From: Octopus sinensis
Lineage: Eukaryota
Direction of reading: 5' to 3'
Assembly (NCBI RefSeq): GCF_006345805.1
Contig: NC_043017.1
Span: forward strand, 13,888,001 to 13,952,000
DNA: 64,000 nucleotides
Position 1 is the stretch's first letter. Every line of letters starts with the position of its first letter. The notes under the pieces are model-generated. The model searched no databases. It saw only the letters and a list, made by a program, of their open reading frames with translations, and was not told where the DNA came from. Both the position numbers and the translations under genes were made by a program. This document shows positions 10,936-24,500 of the stretch, in pieces.

Positions 10936-13900
10936 GTTTCTATTTTTTGTAAATTATTGTATTTTTGTTTGTTTGATGGTTAGTAATTTGTGAGATCAGA
11001 ATGCTGGGCTCCTAACTGTCCATATCTTGAAGGCTGAGCTCCTGATTGTCCATGCTCCATCCCCCACATAAATCCCATTTGAAACACACTACCAAATCCT
11101 TCTCTCCAGCAGCAACCATCTGGAACATTGCTCCTTTTCTGCCTTTAATTTCACTTCAGACATAAATCAGTTAAATATGCAGCACATTCCTCTCATTAAT
11201 CTGGAAGAAGCTGTATAAGCTAACAGTGTTGCTCTACCTCCTCTATTGAACTGTTCCCCCTTGAACCATATGTAGGTTGACCTTACTATCGCCTCTATTT
11301 TCTGCTTCATCAACTGTACACACATCTCCCTGCCTGAAACAAATGGAGACATCACTACTTTGAGCCAACATGACAGCCTTTTAAGCTTCCTTATTCCCTA
11401 GGGCAGTGGTTTTCAACCAGGGTTCCGCCAGTACAGTCCAGGGGTTCCGCAAGAAGTTACAAAACTGCTAAAATCGGCAGTAATTTTTAATTCTCCTGTG
11501 CAGATATGTGTGCATAAAACTATTAAATTATTGCACAGAAGTTCCTCGAGCCAGTGGAATGTTTCCTTGGGGATCCGCTCCAGCAAAAAGTTTGAAAAGC
11601 ACTGCCCTAGGGTACTACAATCCTCAGGGAATGTTGAGAATACTAATAAAACTTCAATAACTTTGAGTACAACTAGTGAATGTAGGGCTTTTCTCCACTG
11701 TTAACAAGACTGCGTCCTCTCTGTCTGTTGGTGTCTGGGGCCTCAGCACTTTTTCTGTTCATTATCAAACTCTGTTACCTCTCCTCCATTAGCCTGTGTT
11801 AATGAACTTTATGAAAATAGTTTTCAATGTTTGGTACAAAAAAATATTGCATTCTTCTGAAGATTGTCTTTGATTCCTTGTAGGGAAATAATCGTAAACC
11901 AAAGTACGTCTACAAAACGGCCCAGGATGTGATAGAGTCTGGCCTGACACGGAAGAAGAGACCGATTCAATCCAGTGAACTGTCAAAGGTGAAGGTCATC
12001 GACATGACCGGCAAAGAGAAACGAGTTCTTTCAGGTTTCTATGTCTTTTTTTATTTCAACATCTTTGAAACTGTAAATCAAAACAAACTTAAGATATTAC
12101 AACAAGTTATAAACGTAACATAGGTGCAAGCATGAGCATGTGGTAAGAAGCTTGCTTCTCAACCACATGGTTCTGAGTTCAGTCCCACTGTGTGGTGCCC
12201 TGGGCAAGTGTCTTCTACTATAATCCCAGGCCAACCAAAACCTTGTGAGTGGATTTGGTTGATGGAGACTGAAAGAAGCCCATCTCCCCCCCCCCCCCCC
12301 AGTGTTTTAGTATGTAGTAAAATTGACAGGGCTTTCATCAGGGAAATGGCCTTGCTTGATATGTAGAAAAGGTGAGGTAGAAATTCCATATGATGTACGC
12401 ATTGCACACAGTGGACACATATGCAGTGGTATCACATCCAGAGTTCACAGAGATCTATTATGTGGCAGATGTACAGGAAGAATAAACACTAAAAGTGTAT
12501 GGGAAATTGATTTTTTCATACACCCTGGATGTTCCCATGAGGAGTAGATAGTTTCTGTTATCAAGGTGACCTAATTAGTATGAGGGAGTGCTGAAAAGTT
12601 TGAGGCTTTAAGGGTATTGTGAAAGGCCTGGTTGGAGGCCTCACCTTCCAAGTTCTTTTTCAGGGCTTAGAAAAGCTCAAAGACCGCTGTAATAAGTGTG
12701 TGCATCTGTTGAATAAAATCATAATTAACTTATCCTCTTGTATTTTCTTTTACCCAAAGCCAGGAACTTTTCAACACCCCTTCGTAGTGGAAGAGGTTGT
12801 TTTGAAATTATAGTTTCTAGAATAAAAACTGCTTAGAGAAAGTTCAGAGAGCTATTATTACTTCTGTTGCAAAAAAAAAGTCTCCCTCTCAGAATGAAAG
12901 GTAGATTGTATGATGCTTGTGTATAGACAGCAATGCTACATGAAAGTGAGATGTGGGCCCTGAATACAGAGGACTTGTGAAGTAGAAAGAAATGAAGCAA
13001 GCATGCTCTGCTGGACTGCTGAGTTCAATTTTGTTACAAGACTGTTGTTTAATCCCAGAATGGGTCAGACTTGAGCTAGCTGATCATAGTCTAAGACATT
13101 CTAGCTATGATCATCCCTTCATTTTTTTTATTTTTAGTATATGCTGGACAACATTATCCAATATGTTCTCTTTTTAAGATTGGTAGGTGAGGGAGATTTT
13201 GCTTCTGTTTCTAGTCAACTTTGTGAATGTACCTAAACTTAATTGGCTCAGATTGTTGATGTTTAGCCCAGATTAACGAAGACTAAACAGAGCTTTGATA
13301 ACAGGTAATCTGACCATGAGGAATGCTTCTTTTAAGGGTGATGTAGAATACATCATATGTTGTATCATATCCTTAATATAAGACAGTAGAATGGGATTTG
13401 AGGGAGACTTTGTTGCTATTACTATCAGATTAAGCATATGTTTGCTTTATTTGCTAGGTTACCATGCCATCTGTCAACGTCACGACAAACCAGATGAAGA
13501 TGATGATGTCATTGAATCAACCCCGAAAGCAAGGACAGCATTTGATGTTCCTGAACTTGTCCACAATCTCAACATTCTTGTCAATATGTCAGAAGTGGAT
13601 ATCATACAGAATGATCGCAAGTAAGACACCAGTGGCCTTGCCAATTTCTAATTCATTCTGTTGGATTTATCATTCATGTGTGTGTGTGTGCACGCGCACG
13701 TGTGTGTGTATGTAAAATTGTTCTGTTGTTGGTGGGATCAACAAAAAGCGTTCTCCATCCAGTGAGAAATATTTAATTTAACACAGGCATGCTATGCAAG
13801 CTTGTCTGACTATTGTACTAGCAGAGCATGAAACTTGTATTAGCTCACATTTAGATCCTGTGTGCATTACAAAATAGCATAACAGAGATGTTAAGGTGCA

Positions 13901-16900
13901 GAGGTGAAGAGTCATGGAAAATCTTCATTCTGTATTTCAGTGCTATCTGAAAGGTAAAATATCCTTACTGTGGAGAGAGTCAAATAGACTGGACACATGG
14001 CATGAACATCAGTGGTAAGCTACTAACACATCTTCGATTCACAGAGGACATTGTCCTCATTGATGAAACTACAGATCAGCTGCAGACCATGCTGTCAGAG
14101 TTGGACACCCATGGCTCAGCAGTGGGCCTTAAAGTGAACCTCATGAAAAAAAAATACATGCAGTCCAGAGACGTTGCATGAAACTGAATAGGGGTGGGAA
14201 GTGATGACATCATGAGGTAAAGGAGTACATCTACTTAGGGCACACAGTGAATATGCACCGCTATTTTCGTAGATTCCCATGACTCTCTGTTGTATTATGA
14301 ATTTGAATTGGGAGCTTGAATCATAGTGGACCTTTCATTAGCTGATTGCACAACCATGGACACCACCCCTATGGATGCATTGCGGTTACCCTCTTGATAG
14401 AGCTTGGTGATCCTGTCCATTGATCTTCTGGGATTCCTCTGTTTAGCATCAATGTAAGAAGCACCATTGGTTCGGTTGAACTCTTCCACCTACCTATTCA
14501 CAACCCACCATACTGCAGTCCCATCACTTTGCTGTATCCCTGGCAGGGTGGTTGAACGAGTGCTATGCCTTGCCAAAGGGCAGTCAGTAACTATGCAGGA
14601 CATGGTCGTCACTCTGTAAGGTATTTTCAAAATACCCGCATACACATATTGTGCATCCTATGTAAAGTGTAGGTGCATAAGAGATGCAGTGGGATGCCTG
14701 ACTGCTTCACAGAAGAGTGTTGAGGCTGTATAAGAAGAGTTTGCTACCCACAGCTAAAATATTTAACCTTGCATCTGTAGCAGAAACCATTTGTTGATCC
14801 TATGTGTTAATTTTATTTGTTAATCTTATCTTGTTAATCATATCTTGTTAATCTTATCTTATTAATTTTATCCTGTTAATCCTATCTTGTGGAGGTACAA
14901 TGGCCCAGGGGTTAGTGCAGTGGACTCACGGTCGGAGGATCGCGGTTTCGATTCCCAGACCGAGCGTTGTGTGTGTTTATTGAGTGAAAACACCTAAAAC
15001 GAGGCTCCGGCAGGGGGTGGTGGCAATCCCTGTTGTACTCTTTCGCCCCAACTTCCTCTCACTCTTTCTTCCTGTTTCTTGGGTAACACTGCGATGGACT
15101 GGTGTCCCGTCCAGCTGGGGGGAACACATACGCCACAGAAACCGGGAAACCGGGCCCATGAGCCTGGCTAGGCTTGCAAAGGGCGTATAAATAAAAAAAA
15201 AATAACCTTATCTTGCTATGTTTTGCTCTGATATTTGAACAGACTTCGTTACAACAAAGACCAGATTGTCAACATGACTCATGAGAAGGAACGTCTTGAT
15301 GTTGTTTGTGAACAAGAAAAGAAACAGTGCGACCGACTGCAGGAGATTCTCGATATGGTTGAAAGGTAATCTTCTCTTTCTCTTTGTAGTCAGCTATCTC
15401 TGTTTGCAGGTTTCTCTCTTTTGTCTTTCTCTATTTGTATTTATCTCTCTCTCTTTTTTTCTTGATTTATATTCATCTCTCTCTCTTTCTATTTATATTG
15501 ACCCTCTGTTCTCAACTCTCAATTCTGTTTCTACCAGCCATCACCCTCCCCCATCATTCATCATCATTGTTCGACTGTGGTCGAGACAATGGAATTTACT
15601 ATGTTACGCCAGACTTCACGGTCCATCATAGCATTACGGAGGTCCTGTTGCTGGATGCCTGTATCCCTGGAGATTACATCAGGGTAGGAGAGTGTGCGCC
15701 CTCTGGTATTGCGAGTAGATGGCTTCCAGAGGAGAAGAGTAGAAATTACTTCTTTTTCAGCTCTCTCACCACCCTCACCAACTCCTTCTTTTATTGAGTT
15801 TTTATTCGAAGATACCCCTTCACACCATATCGGCTGCTGTGACCTTTCACCCCTGACCTAATACAGCCAGAAATTACTTTCTCCAGCCACCAACCCTCTC
15901 TTCTGTTGTGATTTAACGTTAACAACCATTATTGTAAGCCCTCCTCCAAAGGTCACTTCTGTGACCTTTGCCCCCCCCCCCCTGCCCCACTGTAGCCCCC
16001 AACTATTTAACTATCTATTACCAACGAATGAGGTAGCCTCTATATCAGTAGATCTCAATCAGAGTCCATGTGATCTTTGGCAGTCCATAGATTTTTAGGG
16101 GTCTATGCTAGTAAAATAGTAAATTGGGGATCTACACTAGTATTTCAAGGGTCCGTGAGAAGGATTTTGCTTTAGTTGTATTTGTTGCAAGAAGCAGCTA
16201 TGTTGCTTTCTCAAACATTTTGCATAGTTTGACAGGTTTCTGGCCCTTGACACATGTTCTCTCAGTGAGTGCTATGGCAAACCTATGCAAATGGACTTGT
16301 GAGAAAGAAAATAAGGATTTTGAAAGAAGTATCTATAAAACTACATTTTAAACATTGAATGCCTATGGGGTAGGGGTCCACTATAATAAAATAATAATGA
16401 AAGGGGGTCCTTGCAAGCAAAATAGTTAATTGGGGATCCAATACAACATGTTTCTGGACACTGAACTGTGTCCTCTCAGTGTGTGCTTTTGCAAATCTAA
16501 CCAAGTGAATGTGTGAAAACACAAAATAGGAATTTTGAAAGAAAATATCAATAAAATTAGATTTTAAACATTGAATGGCTATGGTGGGGAGCAGCAGAAT
16601 AAAATAGTAATCAAAGGGGTCTGTAGGTAAAAAATAGTTGAGAACCACTGCTCTGTGTTATCACCTGACCTGCTAGAAATAGCAGCTTGCACTCACACAC
16701 CATGCAGTCTTAAAGTATAGGATGCATCAGACAATGTAGTTGTAGACTCCCTGCATGTAGGAGAAAAGATGAGATGGTCATGGCTGGAATACTTTTGGTC
16801 ATAGATGTGCTCAGTCAGAGCTGATCCAGGTCTGAACAGCAACAATAATTATAACCATCTCTTTCCATCTCTTGTTCAATGTGATCTAACATCCTTTATT

Positions 16901-19479
16901 CCAAACTTTCTTTATCCCTCCACCCCAATCAACTGTAGCTACCCCTTATCTGCTACAACAGTCAGCTACTGTTTACCCACTGAAAAACACCCTTTATTCC
17001 AAGCTTTTCTTTATCCCTCTATGCCCTACATCAACTGTTGTGACATTCCGCCTTTGACCCTCAAGTATGATCACCCCGCCATTTATTACCTTCCCTTTCT
17101 TTCTCAGTTGTCAGAAGCGGACCCAAGCTGACGTTGAAGATGCGATGAGTTTAGATGAATGTGTGAGTTTGTTCAAGAAACTGCAGGAGGAGTATTATGA
17201 AGAATACAAACTTTATGACCTTGGAGCATTAGCCATAGCACTGGCCTTCCCCATGGTAAGTGATGGATTACTACAGTGGTCTATGATTGTATATATTCCG
17301 TACCCATCCATATATGTATGTATACACCCCCCCCACACACAGAGTAAAGGAGCTGTGGAAATGACTTGCGATGCCACTGGTGCCAAGCAGTATCGGCCTT
17401 TGTCCTTTCCCTTGGATAACATCAGTGGCTCAGAGAGGGATGGCTAGTATGCATGGATCACTGCTGATCTTCCACTAACAACCTTGCTTGGAGGGGAACT
17501 TTCTACAAAGGTACCAATTCTCCTCTTCCAGTTCTATTAATCTGTCTAACCTCTTACACTTTTTTTGAATTTCAGATGAAGCAGTTTTTCAGCAGTTGGG
17601 AACCCCTGAAGGAAAATACGAAGGGTCTAGAGGTAATGGGAGAATGGCGCTGTATCCTTGAAGATAGCAATCACAAATACGCCTATGATGCCAACAACAT
17701 GGATGTTTACCAAAGACTTGTGTGGGATATCTGGATGCCAGTGATAAGGAAAACCATTCTGTAAGTTGGTGATGGGGGTTTTGCAAGTTGGGTGTTGGGT
17801 TGTAGAGTGTTGCATTCCTGATTGAAATTTACAATCAGAGACATTCCAGCCATAACCATACTGTCTATTTTGCGGTATGTTGTATCACATCCAGTGTGTC
17901 CTTTCCTTACTTAAGACAATGTAGTTTGATTTTAGGTAAGTTTGACTGCTATTTCTAGAGTTTGAGTGACCAAGTAGAGGCACCTTTGTTGGCCTGTGCA
18001 AAGCATTGTAGAAATTTGAAGCTGGAACTGGAGTGTAGATGTGTGTTTGGGTTATGGTTAGTGTATATACTGCGATTTTGTGTGTGTGTGTTTGCACGTG
18101 CCCACGTGTGTGCATGTGTGAGTGGCATAACGAGTTTTGTTTAAAGGTAGTTTGATTGAGCAGAGCAGAGACTGTTGTAGTTGTAGTGTTTGATGATATG
18201 TAGAGTGGACACAGGTCTAGGCCAATCATCATCATCATCATCGTTTAACGTCCGCTTTCCATGCTAGCACGATTTGACTGAGGTGTGGCGAACCAGATGG
18301 CTGCACCAGACTCCAATCTGATCTGGCAGAGTTTCTACGGCTGGATGCCCTTCCTAATGCTAACCACTCCGAGAGTGTAGTGGGTGCTTTTATGTGCCAC
18401 CGGCACGAGGGCCAGTCGGGCGGTACTGGCAGCGACCATGCTCAATGGTGCTTTTTATGTGCCACCTGCACAGGAGCCAGTCCAGCGGCACTTGCAACGA
18501 CCTCGTTCGAATGTTTTTTCACCTGACAATTGTTGTAAAATACTACTTGACCAGAGCAGAGACTGTTGTAGTAGTAGCACTGGGGGTTTGGCAGTGGCAG
18601 CAGCAGAAGTGGTAATAATAGTATAAGGCAGCGAGCTGGCAGAATCGTTTGCACGCCAGGCGAAATGCTTAGCGGTATTTCGTCTGTCGTTACATTGTGA
18701 GTTCAAATTCCGCCGAGGTCCACTTTGCCTTTCATCCTCTCGGGGTCGATAAATTAAGTACCAGTTACGTACTGGGGTCGATGTAATCAACTCAATACCT
18801 GTGTCTGTCCTTGTTTGTCCCCTCTATGTTTGGCCCCTTGTGGGTAATAAAGAAATAGGTAATAATAGTATAAGTAAAAGTGAGTGGACACAGCTGAGTG
18901 AGTGAGTCATGTCAGATTTTAATTGAATATTTGTGTTTTCTCAACCATTTCAGGCAATGGAATGTAAGAGAGTGTAATCCATTGATTGACCTGTTGGATG
19001 TGTGGATGCCTGTTCTTCCATCATGGATCTTGGACAATATTCAGGACCAACTCATTCTTCCGCGGTTGATGCAAGAAGTAGAAAACTGGAACCCGTTGAC
19101 CGATACAATGCCCATTCATGCCTGGCTTCACCCTTGGCTACCACTAATGGGTAAGATGGTCAACTTTTGATGCTAAGTATTTCCTGTCACTGTTCTCAAT
19201 GTATTTAGGTCATCATAATCATCATTACTACTGTCACCATAATGTCACCATCACCGCCACCACCATCACTACCATCATCATCACCACCACCATGACCATC
19301 CTAGACTATTATATATGTAAGTGTAGATGTGGCTGTGTGGTGAGAAGCTTGCTTCCCAACCAAATGGTTCTGGGTTCAATCCTACTGTGTGTCACCTTGG
19401 GCAAGTACTTCTACTATAGCCCCAGGCCAAACAAAGCCTTGTGAGTGGACTTGGTAGACAGAAACTGAAAGAAGCCCAT

Positions 19480-19523
<44 letters not shown>

Positions 19524-21466
19524 TATGTCAGCATGGAAAACAGATGTTAAAGGGTGACGATGATGATGATATATATATATATATATTTATGTATCTGTCT
19601 TTGCGAGTATATTTGCCTCCCACCATTGCTTGACAGCCAGTAACCATTATTATATAATTGTCTTTTGCCACTGTCGAAATTGGCCTTTGACAATTCTAAT
19701 TGTCAAATTCTCATTGTTAAATCTACACTTAACTGACAACCCCCACCCTTCAGCAAAACGCCACTTTTTCTTTACCTTGGGTAACTCTGAGGTACATTCC
19801 CTACACTTTTCAACTTCATAGTGGACCCTGACAAAATACGTAGACATTTCTGTAACAATCCACCTAAGATCACTGGTACTGAAGAATTTGCATTTAAATT
19901 AAAACCTCAACCAAGATCCCAGAATAATATAAACGATTCTAAGAGACTTCAGTTGGTTGACACCAATGTATAGCAGGTATATAGATTGATGCACAGCTCA
20001 GTGGTTACAGTAGTTGGCTCATGGTCATAATGACATGAGATCAATTCCCAGTGACGTATTGTGTTCTTGAGCAAGACACTTTATTTCATGTTGCACAGCT
20101 CAGTGGTTACAGTAGTTGGCTCATGGTCGTAATGACATGAGATCAATTCCCAGCGACGTATTGTGTTCTTGAGCAAGACACTTTATTTCATGTTGCACAA
20201 CTCAGTGGTTACAGTAGTTGGCTCATGGTCGTAATGACATGAGATCAATTCCCAGTGACGTATTGTGTTCTTGAGCAAGACACTTTATTTCATGTTGCTC
20301 CCATCCACCCAGCTGTCAAAAACGAGTAGTACCTGTAATTCACAAAGGTTAGCCGTTTCACATACTGTATCATGCTGAATCTCCCTTAGAACTATGGTAA
20401 AGATACACATGACTGTGGAGTGCTCAGCCACTTGCACGTTAGTTTCACGATCCGGCTGTTCCGTTGATCGGATCACCTGGAACACTTATCACTGTAACTA
20501 ACAGAGTCCCAGTTTCATATTTTACCGAACATTCTCATAATTATCGTTGCCATTTTAAAAATTAATTGAAACATTTACTCATAGGAAATCATCATCATTA
20601 TCATCATCATCATCATCGTTTAGCATCTGCTTTCCATGCTAGCATGGGTTGGACGGTTCAACTGGGGTCTGGGAAGCCAGAAGGCTGCACCAGGCCCAGT
20701 CTGATCTGGCAATGTTTCTACGGCTGGATGCCCTTCCTAACGCCAACCACTCCGTGAGTGTAGTGGGTGCTTTTTACTTGCCACCGGCACAGGTGCCAGA
20801 CGAGGCTGGCAAACGGCCACGATCGGATGGTGCTTTTTACGTGCCACCGGCACAGAGGCCAGGCGAGGCTGGCAACAGCCAGTGTCTATATAAAAGTGGT
20901 AGAATATATGGACTGGATATGACTGGTTTAAATGCTAAATGGTTAAACCAGTAATTCCCTATCATTTTTTTATTTATGGGCCCTTTTGACCCTTATTTTC
21001 CCAAACCACTAGGCCATTCATCCTCACAATAATTTACCATTAAAATATATGTGTAATAAATTGGTTACACTTCTACAATACATGAAATAATAATAATGAT
21101 CAGATGGTTCTTTTTACGTGCCACTGGCACGGAGGCCAGTCGGGGCGGCGCTGGCAACGGCCAATCATAAATAAAATCATGACAAGAGACAAAAACATTT
21201 TTTAAAGCTGTTTCTGTATTCTTCTCTAGGGGACAAGTTGGAACCTCTCTACGCTCCGATCAGACATAAACTATCCAATGCCCTCAACAAGTGGCATCCT
21301 TCAGACTCGTCTGCTAAAGTTATTCTTCAGCCATGGGTCAGCGTCTTCAAACCAGGTCACATGGAAGGCTTTTTGGTGAAGAACATTCTACCCAAGCTTG
21401 AACTCTGCATGCAGGAGTTTGTCATCAACCCACACCAACAGATCCTTGGTTAGTATATTATTTTTA

Positions 21467-21509
<43 letters not shown>

Positions 21510-24500
21510 TTAATAATAATAATTGAAATTTACAGAAAGTCAAAAGACGAAGACAGGTGTATGCACAACAAGCAGGTGTGTTAGTTTGGTGCTTGGGAAA
21601 GTGAGAAAGTCTTTTACATTTTGAGCCTGTGCTCTTCAACAGGAAGGAATAAGAGAAAATAAATAGAAGGAGAATAAAAAAAAACATGTGGATTTAGTGA
21701 TCAAGCATGGTGACTATAATAATAATTATGGTTTCAAATTTTGGCACAAGGCCAGCAATTTTGGGAGAAGGTGTAAGTTAATGTAATTGACCCCACTGCT
21801 CAACTCGTTCTTATTTTATCAACCCTGAAAAGATGAAAGGTGAAGTCGACTTCAGCAGAATTTGAACTCAGAATTAAAGATGGGCGAAATACCACTAAGC
21901 ATTTTGTCCACTGCGCCAGTTTGACACTTTAATAATAATAACAATAAGAAGAAGAATAAGAATGATTGTTTCTAATTTTGGTACAAAGCCAGCACTTTTA
22001 TATGAAGGGGCTTTGTTGATTACATAAAATTACATCTGTGTATATATATGTATATGTATGTGTGTGTGTAGATAGATGGATAGATAGATAGATAGATATA
22101 GATATATATAATGTTGGTTAAATACCTATCAATATACATTCTTGTAGAATAGTTGCAGAACAGTTATTAGTGAGGCAGTTAAGGCATTACTAATTTATAA
22201 CTCACTTAAGAATGGTTTGCCTAATTAATAATAACTTTTTTTTTATTCATTTTTGTTTCATATAGAGCCATTACATTGGATGATGTCATGGAGAGATATC
22301 ATTGCTCTGCCACACTTAATATCAATATTGGAGAAGAATTTATTCCCCAAATGGTTACAAGTGCTTTGTACCTGGCTTAGCAACATGCCAAACTATGAAG
22401 AGGTCACCAATTGGTATCTTGGATGGAAATCACAGTTCCCTGAGGAATTTCTCAACCACGCTTATGTTAAAGGTAAACATATAAATGTACTGATGCTAAA
22501 AATGAAACCGTGGCACAGGCTTATGACAAAGGAATAAATGGAGTATATTGATGATGACTATGATAATACCAGAGAACGTTTCTGCGACTCTGTTTGTGTT
22601 GGTACAGTTTGTGGTAATGATGATGGATGTGTAGCTGTTACTTTATCTACCTGTGTTAATTAATACTTTATACTATTTATCTGACTCGACTCTTTATATA
22701 AGCTGCCTGTCCTAACTCTTAATACTTGTAACTTTGTGTAGTCCCTACCTATCTTAACTCATCACAGTATGTATTTACCTGTAATAAAAAGAGTTTGATG
22801 TCTAATTAAAAACACAGAGGACCTTCATGTAATGATTGCTGAGAGTGTGTGTGGCATATAAATCATTATCCTCCTCCTCCTCCTCTTCCTCATCATCATC
22901 ATCATTTAATATCTGCTTTTCATGCTGGCATGGGCTGGATGGTTTTATAGGAGCTGGAGAACTGCCTAGGTTCCATTTGTCTGTTTTGGCATGGTTTCCA
23001 CAGCTGGATACCATTCCTGGGTGATTTTTCTTGGTTCCAGCATGAGTGCTTTTTATGTGGTGTTGGAATGGATGTGTATTACGTGGTGTACGCATGAGTG
23101 CATTTAACATGGCATTGGCACCTGTGTATTTTATGTGGTGCTTGTACAAATGCTTCTTACTTAGCACCGATGCCAGTGCTTTTTATGTGACACCAGCATA
23201 AGTGCTTCTTATATGCCACTGGCACGAGTGTTGGCATGAGCGCATTCTACATGGTGCTAGCAGGAGTGCATATCACATGGTGTCAGTACAAGTGCTTTTT
23301 ATGTGGTGCCGGCACAAATGGATATTATGCGGCACAGGTACATGTGTTTTTTACATGATGCAGGCACGTATGTTATTACATTGCTTGACAGTGAAGGTAG
23401 AGATGATGTAACTTGCTGTGTGTATGCATGTGAATACATGTGTGTGTGTGTGTATTTGTATGTGTGTGTGTGTATTAGTGTGTATGTTTGGTGACAGTGC
23501 TATGACGTATGGCAGTGAAGGTAGAAGAGCTGCAGTAATTGGTGTAGCTTGGTGTGTGAGTGTGTGTGTATGTTTGTGTGTGTGTGTGTGAGAGAGAGAG
23601 AGAGGGTATGTGTGGCTGTGGGTGGGGTGTGTATTTGTGGAGTGACACAGGTATGATGTATGGCAGGAAATTGTGTGACAACAGCTAAACTAATGTTTCT
23701 GTTTTCTGTTTATTAACACATTTTAAAAATGTTTCTTTCTTTTCTTTTTTTCTCTCTCCTCCCCCCTATCTCTACCACCACCGTTACCACTCTCCGCTGC
23801 CACCACCATTACCACTCTACAACCAAAAGATCAGTTCAACCGAGCCCTTGACATAATGAACCGTGCCGCCACTGGTTACTTCCAGCCCGGGGCTAAAGAG
23901 AACATGGCCTATTTTGCACACAACGAACGCCGTCAGATGGGGACAATATCAGCACCACCACCGCCACCACCTTCAGCAGTATTGAACATGATCCCCCCCA
24001 CTTCAGGAGTCTCTCATCACCCAGCTCAAGATTACGATGTATGTTTCCACAATTTTGCTTCATTACGTTTCCCTAGCAACCACCCTAATGGTGGCTCTAC
24101 CTCTGTCTGATTTTAAACCTCACTACAGCTATCGTATTGGGCCTCTTCAGCCAAGACATATATGTCTAAACAGCTTTTAACCTTTTATCTCTCAGATTAA
24201 TTTATCAAATGTAATGCAGGTTTATCCTCATTTTAAAAAATTAATCATGCATCGTCTCATAGCCTTGAGACTTTGATGATATGCTTGTTTATTTTTAGAA
24301 TTACATTGTAGGTAGGTGTGAGAGGCTGGATCTGGCCCGTCATCATCATCATCATCATTTAGCGTCCGCTTTCCATTCTAGCATGGGTTGATAGTGCAAC
24401 TGGGGTCTGGGAAGCCAGAAGGCTGCACCAGGCCCATCTGATCTGGCAGTGTTTCTATGGCTGGATGCCCTTCCTAACGCCAACTACTCCGTGAGTGTAG

